Position numbers and translations under genes: made by a program | The notes under the pieces: generated by a model | Told to the model about the DNA's origin: nothing | The model's input: the letters and a program-made list of their open reading frames with translations, nothing else | Databases searched by the model: none | Assembly (NCBI RefSeq): GCF_024521635.1 | Contig: NW_026250418.1 | Location: 1 to 64,000 of the forward strand | Direction of reading: 5' to 3' | DNA: 64,000 nucleotides | Source: Tricharina praecox | Lineage: Eukaryota | In this document: piece by piece, positions 13,999 through 23,319 of the stretch | Numbering within the stretch: the first letter of the stretch is position 1 | Layout: each line of letters opens with the position of its first letter

Positions 13999-14011
13999 CA
14001 AAAAAGATTAC

Positions 14012-14941
14012 CAGTGCTTACGATAGTCCAGTCCAGTCCGTCTTTCCGCAAAAGTCGGACTGGGCTGAAAGGTTCAGTCCGGCAGGAGGCGTGGACTGGA
14101 CTGGGCAGTCTGCACAACTGGTAGAGCTGGACGGACTGTGGTCGACTGGATGGACTGGTACTTTGAATGGAAAATGTTTGACATACGTAATGACCTTTTT
14201 GCACACGTCTATAGTACAGATATTGCAGACCCTCCTCGCACAGTGCATTGAGAATAGTCTCCTTGATATCTCCCTTTGTAGCAGCTACAAGACCATCTCT
14301 TTGCTACCTTTTGAGACATTTTAGGGCCTTCAGTGCGTCGTCACGCATGCTTCAGCGACGATATGAGAGTGATTTTAGCCCCACTAAAAACTCGTTCCGG
14401 ATCTGCTCTTATGGCGGGAATGCTCAAATATTCGAGGGCCTTTCTGGCGAGATCTGAGCGAATAAATCACATAAAACTCGCTGGAAAGATGCCCGCTGGC
14501 CACATAGTTCGTGAACCTCGCTAGAAGTTGAACGAGTGATCACTTTTACCACTGAAATAATCTTGTAGGGGAGAGTATGAGAGGAGACGGATTGATATGG
14601 GCGGATATGGTATTGGTGGGAGGATATGGGAGGATATGGGCGGATATGGTAATTGTGGGTTGATATGGCAGGATATGGATTGATATGGTATTTGTGGGCG
14701 GATATAAGAGAATATGGATTGATATGGTATTCATGGGCGGATTTGGTATTTATGGAGGATATGGGAGGATATGGGCGGATATGGTAATTGTGGGTGGATA
14801 TGGCAGGATATGGATTGATATGGTATTTGTGGGTGGATATGGTATTTATGGGTGGATATGGTATTTATGGGCGGATATGGTATTCATGGGTGGATATGGG
14901 AGGATACGGATTCATATGAGTGGATATGGATTGATATGGGT
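14012..14941 (-). mobile_element. Truncated hAT transposon relic: one terminus, decayed C-terminal dimerisation domain and adjacent minisatellite
   Basis: Terminus CAGTGCTTACGATAGTCC at 14012 followed by GTCC/GGAC subterminal repeats. Minus strand ~14465-14280 reads SDLARKALEYLSIPAIRADPERVFSGAKITL, then after a frameshift RR*SMRDDALKALKCLKR*QRDGLV, matching the hAT dimerisation-domain pattern. I found no second TIR. Confidence 0.78.
14587..14941 (-). repeat. Degenerate GGATATGG minisatellite, copy 2
   Basis: Units ggatatggattgatatggtatt / gggaggatatgggcggatatgg, the reverse complement of 770-1318. Confidence 0.9.
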
Positions 14942-16702
14942 AGTTCTCTTGTCTTGTCGTGGTTTTACCACAGCTTAGAAAACCTGATTAGGAAGACAAC
15001 GTTTTCTCTACACCAGGTAATTTGTTGTGCGAATACGGTAATTGTCTGGTAGCCCTCCAGTATTGTAGACAGTGCGTAATATTTTCATTTAGAAGAACTG
15101 CAGTAGTTATTCCAGCGGTTTGGTAAGCCTATCTCTACACAACCGCATATAATATCTTTCGTTACTGTAGAATTGAGAATATAGCAAAAAACAAACAAAT
15201 ACCAGAGCAAACCTGTATTCTCTGAGACTGCTGGATTTATATCCGAGCGGTAGTACTACCTACTGGAGACCTGCGGCATCAATCGCATCCTGCTGTTTGC
15301 TACCTACTGTAGGTATCGGTATCGGATTCGTTTTTCGAATCGAGCTGAATTGAACAGGTGTTTCCTACTACCTACCATAGTAGCATCCTGATGCTCGTAG
15401 CGTGGATTGACATGATCTGGTGTGGGATGAGGTGGCATCTTGGGTGGCATCTTGTGGGATGGCATCTTGTGGGTTGCGGTGTTGCTAGTGCAGTGTGCAG
15501 TAGTGTGGTCCTGCTAGACAGACAGTAGCCGGCTATAGTAGATTCATCACCTATCCCGTGCCTCGTGCGTTCTGCTGAACTGGGTGCTGTATGTAGGCTT
15601 CCACGTTCCATTCGCAGCCGACATCCCACCACCTCACCCCACCACCACTGATCACTCGACAACTGAGCAACTCAGCGCGGCGATGTGCGGAATACTGGGT
15701 TTCTGGAGCATACTCAATGGGTTTAAGCTTGGCGAATGAGAGTATTCTAATCGATGGCTGCCATAGCCTAAATACATAGCCTACATATATTCTCCTGCAA
15801 CTTGATGTTGATACGGTTTTTTGGAAGGAGCCCAGAAGAATACCGGTATGTACGAACACGCACACGAACACGAGCACGGACACTAGACACGAACACGACA
15901 CAGGAACTGGTGCCTTCTTGCGTACCATCACCCCCCACAGTTACAGCCTATGTATGTAGCAGCCACTCGTAAACGGTGGGACAATAGTGATAGTTAGTAC
16001 CGTATAAGGGCATGCAAACACCTACTAGGCATGGGTTGAGAGAATCAGCCTTACAGAAGTGATACCATGGCCCACCTCCGAGCATGCACGCACGACATAC
16101 CTACCGTACCTCGCGGCTGCTACAAGACTACAATTACGATAATACGAGTGATCTCTCACAGTGGCAGTGGCTGTGACTGTGGTTCGGACACGTGGTATTA
16201 CTGCAATGATGCGCTCGACGGGCCGACTACATTTTACTTTGATATCACGTAACCGTCCCGAAGCCTGGCGGTCGCCGGTCGGCGATGTGGGTACTGCAGG
16301 GTTGTACGGTCCGTTCAAGGGAAAGGAAGGACCTCCTCGGAGTGACTGGGCGGGCCGCGGACGGTCGGCGGTCCCCATAGGTGTTCGAGCATTGGGCTAG
16401 AGACCGAAGACAGTCCGGCAGAGAGTCTAGACTAGTACATAGAGGGAGACCGGACAACATCACGATTCACGATTCACGATTCACCAGTAAATCACGTTAT
16501 ACTCAAGGCCCTCACAAGCACTCACGTAGTATCATTATTCCCCGTCATCATTCCCAGCATCGTCGTTTCATGGATTATGTGCAAAGAATAACCCCCAATG
16601 TCCCCATCATCTCCGCTAAGCTATGTCTTCTCGGCAGCCGCCAAGTATTAGAGCACGCAACTTTTCTTCACATCCCCCACATCATCGTCAAGGTGGGATT
16701 TT

Positions 16703-17888
16703 CTATCGGTGCTTAGTCGATGGCTTGGCCTCGATCGTCATCATCTCGCCTTCGTCGGTCATGAAGTAGTCGTGGAGGAGGGCTTGCTTGGCGGATATGC
16801 GGCCGGCAGGGTCGTAGACGAGCATGGCCTGGTTGAAGTTGTTAATGGGTTGTGAGTGCGTACCGGGGGATGGAAGGACAAACGTCGAGAAGGTCAAGAC
16901 CCGCGGGCTCAAGGTTCGGTACCATCCGCTCGATGTCTACTCGGTCCCACCGTGGAAAGCTGCTCTTGTAGTCGGGGAAGGAGGTCACGCCGGGCCACGT
17001 CGTCTCGTCGGGGGTGCCGAGTAGTCTAGTCGTGTCTGTCTGTCAGCTGTCTGCGTTTGCTGCGAGTGAACCAGGACGGTATTGACTACCGGAAGATCTT
17101 GAAGATCTCGTCAATCTCCGAGTCGCCGGGGAACAGGGCCTTGCGCGTGCACATCTCGGCAAAGATGCAGCCGACACTCCACATGTCGACACCGGTGCTG
17201 TACTGCTTTCCGCCCAGCAGGATCTCGGGGGAACGGTACCACAAGGTCACGACCTATCCATTCCCGCCACGTCAGCACACAAACAAACAAACACAGGGCC
17301 ATTCACACAACTCACCTCGTGAGTGTAGGTCCTCAACGGCACACCAAACGCCCTCGCCAGACCGAAATCCGCCAACTTCAGATTCCCCTCCTTGTCGATG
17401 AGCAGATTCTGGGGCTTGAGATCTCTGTGCAGGATGCGATGCGAATGGCAGTACTTGACACCGCTGACCAGCTGGTTCATGAAGCGCTTGACCATGTCCT
17501 CGCCGAGTCCCATCCCCGCCGGTATGGCCTCCATGTACTTCTTGAGATCCAGATCCAAGAACTCGAAGACCAGGTAGACCTTGTGGCCCTCGGCGATGAT
17601 GTTGAGTAGTTTGACGATGTTGGGGTCGTTCATCTCCTTGAGTAGCGAGATCTCGCGGATCGCGGTGGAGGGGACTCCCTCGTCTTCCGCTTCCAGACGG
17701 ATCTTCTTCATCGCCACTATTCTATTGTGGTTGTTCAGGTCCTTGGCTTTGTACACAACTCCGTACGTGCCTAGGATGGGGATAGGATGGTTAGCTAAGG
17801 GGACGTAGCATGATGGGGGGTGGCGATGGGAACGGGGGGAAGGCAACAGACCTTCACCGATCTTCTCAATCCTCTGGTAGCCGTCCAT
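16703..17888 (-). CDS. CDC28: Cyclin-dependent kinase 1 (Cdc28/Cdc2/NimX), 5 exons (17888-17852, 17770-17316, 17253-17090, 17025-16884, 16828-16703), ~307 aa
   Basis: [65 protein letters not shown] and [13 protein letters not shown]. All four introns are GT...AG and the exon lengths sum to 924 nt. Confidence 0.97.
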
Positions 17889-18899
17889 GGTTGAGCTGTG
17901 TGTGAGGATGTGTTTGTCGGTTATGGAAGGTTGTAGGGGGAGGGTGTCGTGTAGCTGAGTAGGAGTGGCGATGAAGCTTCAGCTAGGGAAGCAAGTTTGT
18001 GGCGGGAGCCGTGTCGTGTCGTGTCGTGTTGTGGGGATGGCGAGGAAGACGCGAGTTCTACTCTAATATTGCGTCGGGGGGGTCGGAGGCGGCTCGTTTT
18101 GATTTTTGCTTGGTTAGGGTTTCTGGTTCTGGGGTTCTTTTTTTCTGATTCCGATGGACGTGTGATGTTGTAGCAAGCAGGAACGGGAAGGGGTTAAGTC
18201 AGCTAGGCCAGCATGAGTTCGTTTCCTTTGTTCCTGTCTGATGCCTGTCCGTCTCCGGTGTCTGTCACTGTGAAGTAAAGCAGTGCGGTGGGCGCGTGTG
18301 AGGGAGGACGATTGACTGCGAGGAGTGGGAGACGAGGCGGAGCGGGCGGAGCGGGTATCGACGGCGGGGATTGGCGGGGCGGGCGGGTTGAGTTGAGCTG
18401 TGTTGGCCGCCGTAGAGTACGTGCTCGGGAAGAACGACGAGCAGCTTTACATCGAGTTATATGTAGCATGTACTCTACGTTACTTCCATGCCCGCCGAGA
18501 CCACTGACGCTACGATGTGCATGAGTACGTGATCTCCCCGCGTTTCAGCCGCACAAAGACGTGAGGATCCTCCGCATCGACATCGGGCCATTCTTGGAGC
18601 CCACGGCCAAAAGCTTCCTTTGACTCGCGAACCGATAACCGCAGAAGACCGATGCCGAGACATGTAATAACCGTAGTACTATACTCTGGACAGACCGGTA
18701 TCATACAATCCCATCCTTCGAGACTTCCGAAGACTTGTACCCAAGTACCCAGTGCCCACACAATTTGACGGGCCCGTATGAGTGTAAACCGATGGACTTC
18801 ACTACTGATTGAGTCGCCATGGAAAGCAATTGATTCCATGTAGCCCGCCAAGCTTTCGCAAACCATCCCTTCCCTCTCTCGACCTCCAATCCACAAACC

Positions 18900-19998
18900 A
18901 TGGCCACTGCCGTCCCACCTCCGGCACCGGCACCACCACCGCCGCCAATCGATCATGCCCACCACTCCCCACCGCCGCATATCCGCGTGATCCACAAAAC
19001 ACTCCAGAAGTCACTGAGCAACGATGAAATCCCGATCCTCGATTTTTCCGGTGGCGGGGGGATTCCCGAGTACCACCGGAAGCGGCTGAAGCTACACGGC
19101 ACGATATCAAGGCAGCAGGTGCGGGAGGCTTTTGCACAGTTTACGCGTGCGGCTGGGGCGGGAGAGGAAGAGGGAGTGCAGGGAGAAGAACAACAGGACG
19201 GAATCCAGGAGGAAGGGGATGTCGAGATTTGGGAGCATAGCTCTGTGCCTGGTTCGTTCATTACATCAAAGTATTGGTTTGTTACTGACATCTCCAGGCC
19301 TCCAACTAATCCCTTCCCTCCTCCCGCTCTCCATCCAGTCCACCCTCCTGACAGCCCTCCTCACCACCTCCCTCAGCGATACTTCCACGCACAAGACCAA
19401 CCTCCACGCGCACTACACGCTGCCCACACCGTGCAACTTCTTCACGCTCCCATCCACCACCGTCCTCTCCCCCCTCACCTCCATCCACAAGCCGATAACA
19501 CTTGCCCAAGCCCTCTCCAAAAAGCTCCGCTGGGTGACCCTTGGCGGGCAATACGACTGGACGCTGAAGCAGTACCCCACCGACACGCCCCCGGAGTTCC
19601 CCGCAGACGTGGCCGGGCTGGTATCCGGGTGCTTCCCTGAAATAGTCCCGCAGGCGGCGATAGTAAACCTTTATTCCCCCTCGGACACTTTAGCACCGCA
19701 CAGGGACATCTCCGAGGCGTCGGGCGCGGGGCTGGTGAGCGTTAGCATCGGGTGCGCGGGGATATTCGTTATCGGCTGCGATGGGGAAGAGGAGGGTGAG
19801 GTGTTGGCTGTAAGGCTGAACTCGGGGGATGCGGTGGTGATGGCGGGGAGCAGTCGGTGGGCGTGGCATAGTGTTCCGAAGATTCTGGCGGGGACATGTC
19901 CCGTGGGGCTGGAGCAATGGGATGGCGGGAGTGACAGCTGGAAGGGATGGATGAGAGGGAAGAGGGTTAACCTCAATGTCAGGCAGATGTGGGGTTAA
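18900..19998 (+). CDS. ALKBH1: AlkB-family 2OG-Fe(II) dioxygenase, ALKBH1/Abh1-like, 2 exons (18900-19251, 19298-19998), ~350 aa
   Basis: KLRWVTLGGQYDW, PQAAIVNLYSPSDTLAPHRD (HxD), SVSIGCAGIF, LNSGDAVVMAGSSRWAWHSVP and KRVNLNVRQ (RxxxxxR). The 46-nt GTTCGT...ctgac...CAG intron joins the two ORFs in frame. Confidence 0.9.
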
Positions 19999-20742
19999 CT
20001 AGCACTGAGCAGGGGGAATAACCTGTTTACTTGCTATGCACCAAGTTTCGAGGGAAGGCCGTGTACCGAGACGTATTACGGTATCTACTGCCCGTTTGCG
20101 TGTTGGCCGGCCTGCGATACTCCTCCGTATCCCGATGTGCTGGAGTGAGAAGCTAAGTGTGCGCGGCAAACACGCGTTCGCTGGCGAGTGGGGGTGGCTG
20201 CGGGGCGGCGATACAAAATTCTAGGAGTGTGCCTTAGATGCTGGAGGAGGAGGAGGAGCAGCCCTGCACAGCCTCATGGCGGATGCAACATCAAATACAT
20301 ATAATATCTTGGACGTGTACCCTCTCTTTCTCCACTCTATTTGTACCTTCACGCCCTCCATTCTGTCTTACCCTCCCCTCTCCCCTAGCGAGTCTTTTCA
20401 GCTTTCTGGAGATGCGACAACTTGAACTTGAACTTCTGACTTCCAAGACTCCAAGTTCCCACGCAACCGGACTCTGAACGATCGCCATCCCCAGAAATAG
20501 AAGCGCACTATCATCCCTGCCTTAACTAGCCTCTGGCGCATGGTGGAGGCGGACCAGGAACTGAGCCACTACTCTACATAACTAATCATCGGAGGTCGAT
20601 ACCGCCGACACCTGCCTGGACAACCGCTTAAGACGCCTGAATCCAACGTACCGGTGGAAAGTGCACCGAGTGCCCCAGAGATACAACGACCGACGGCGAT
20701 ACTCCAAACGCACGACGAGAATTTGCAGAACGAATAGCAGCC

Positions 20743-22727
20743 ATGCCGCTCGACGAGAACTTCCCGAGTGAGTGCGCTCCCGCTTCTCATAGTGTGCTCT
20801 GGCTAACGATCTCCAAGCCTACCAGTTCGCCATCCCTGACGCGACGAACCAGCCCACAATTACCACCGTCCACTTCACCATCTCTGGCGCCGTCCCGCAG
20901 CACCTCTACACCCTGACCCGCTTCCTGCAACCAGCGAATTCCTACAGCATCTCGCTGACCGACGCCCCGTTCCCGGACATAACCTACGGCTCGCTGTCTC
21001 TCCCGCTTCTCCCGAGCACCGTCAACCCCAATGAACTCCAGCGCCCCTCCTCGTTCACTCTCCAGCTCTACTCCCCGGACTCCACCGTGACGATCACCCA
21101 GAAACACACCGCCCTGACGCGCAACAACTTCTGGGAATTCACACTGCCCAAGTCCTCGTTCCTGCCACCGACGCAGTCGGCGCTGGACGCCTCGTACCGC
21201 CCGCCGGTGTCGGAGACACTCACGTTCCGGTGGCGCAAGGAGGGGATCAACATGCTTACGCGCAGCCAGCTGAAGTGCTCTCTGGTCTCCGGCGGGGACG
21301 AGCCGGACACGGTGCTAGCGATGTACAGCGGTGTCGGCGACAAGAACGGCAAGGGCGAGCTGGTGGTGTACGAGAGCAATTTCCGGCGCGTGGAGATGCA
21401 GGATCTCAAGGGGCTGGAGATGGTCCTGCTGCTGAGCTCCCGCGTCGTGGCCGACGTGTGGTTCAGCGGCTCGAGCGCTATATTCAACACTACACAACGC
21501 GTAGGCACGGGAATGGGCGGACCCGCCCCGCCCCCGCCAGCGTACGAACCCCCGGCCGCCTCCTCCGCTGGCACGTTCGCCGAACGCTTCAACAGCCAGG
21601 TATACCCGCCCGACAAACCCAAGGCCGCTCCCGTTTCACCCACCACCAGCCCAACACAACAGTCGGCGCCCATGCAGCAGCCCGCTCCCAAGCCCCAGCC
21701 CGCCGAGATGCCCACGCCCGCCCCAAGGCAACGACCCGCTGCACGGCAACCCCCCACCTCACCGGCACTAACCCAACGGCCCGCCGCGCGGCACCACCCA
21801 ACAGCAAGACCACACACGACCGCGCGGCCCTTGCGGGCGCAACCCGCCTCGTCACAAGCGCCCGTGGAAGAAAAGATCGTGCCAACGCTCGAGGACCTCA
21901 CAGCGCGACAGCGGATCGCCGACGAGCAAGCCGAGATCCGGCGGATGCTTGCGGACGAGGAGCGCGCGGCTGCGCACCGCCAGGCCGCTATCGACGCCGA
22001 GACCGAGCGCCTCAAGCGGCTGTATGAGCAGGAGGCGTTGGCGGAGGCGAGGGCGCGGCAGCAGCAGGGGCAGCAGCAACAGCAGGTGCAAAGACCGCAT
22101 ACCCAGCCGGGGCAGGCGCCGATGAGTCCGAGAAGGCCGCTGCAGCAGCAGAATCTACAGCAGCATAATCTGCAGCAGCACCACAAACAGCAGTATATTC
22201 CCCCTCCACTTCCAATTCCAAATCCGAACCGTGTTCCGAACCCGAAACCGCAGGCGCTAAAGTATTATCCGTCGCATAGAAACAGCAGTGGCAACATCAA
22301 CAACAGCAGGCCGCCGATTGTCGGCGGCGCGGGCGGCTGGCATTCCGCCCCGCCGCAGTCACAGCCGGGACTCATCAATGCCGGAGTCGTCCCCAGTAGT
22401 GGGAAGCGGCTCGATGATAAGAGCCGAAGGAAAAGTTTCTTTGGGTTGAATTTTGGGGGTGGGGAGGCGGCGAGGGAGAAGGAGCGGGAGAAGGAGAGGG
22501 AGAAGGAGAGGGAAAGGGAGAAGGAGCGGGAGAAGGATCGGGAAAAGGAAAGAGAAAAGGAGAGAGTGAAGGAGCGGGAACGGGAGAAGGAACGGGAGAA
22601 GGAGAGGGTGAAGGAGAGGGAGCGGGAAAAGGAGCGGGAAAAGGAAAGGCTGAAGGAGCTGGAGAAGGAGAAACAGAAGAATAAGGGCAAGGGAAAACTT
22701 TCAAAGAAGGGGAGTCGGATGTGGTAA
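20743..22727 (+). CDS. Conserved fungal hypothetical protein, 2 exons (20743-20767, 20818-22727), ~644 aa: folded N-terminal domain, Pro/Gln-rich middle, coiled coil and EKER-repeat tail
   Basis: MPLDENFP-T start with intron GTGAGT...gctaac...AAG. The frame stays open upstream of the listed 546-aa ORF, codon usage is strongly GC3-biased, and it carries [10 protein letters not shown]...LTFRWRKEG...[14 protein letters not shown]. Confidence 0.85.
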
Positions 22728-23319
22728 AGACCTACTTGGAATGGGTCGGGAGGAATGGGAATGGCGTTTTGGGGAGTTTGCGTTGCTTTTATACCTGGGT
22801 GCGTACGTTTTGGAGGGAGATAACTAAGATTGAAATAGTTTGATGATGTGATGATGTGATGATCATGGGGAATAGGTACATACACTTTGGACGGCGGGAA
22901 TGAAAGAGTACTTAGCGATAGTATCTACATGTTTGCCGGGTGATATTCGCAACAATAGAGGAGTGTTCTTGCAGTTTGCTTGCTCCACCGACTGGCGTTT
23001 TGTATTCCAAACAAGTGTGGCGTTAGTGGCAGAGGAGGTGAAGGACAACGCCGCACGACTGAGATATCGTGTCAAGTGGTCACCGTTCCGTTCAGTTCGG
23101 AGTACGCCGTGTATTCATGCTCTCTATTAGGAAAAGGAGATCTAGATTCTAGCCGATATATCACCATTTCCATCGCCACATATACGTAAAAGAAACTACA
23201 TACATATTCAAAGCCAGCAAAATCAAAACAGTTCCCAACTCCCGACTCCCAAATCCCTCATACCCATACATTAGTCCCATTGATCATGCAAAACCCATCA
23301 CCTACAGTCTCCATCACTA

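Noticed and set aside
21068..22186. 372-aa Cys/Gly-rich minus-strand ORF
   Set aside because: Antisense shadow of the Gln/Pro-rich plus-strand gene.
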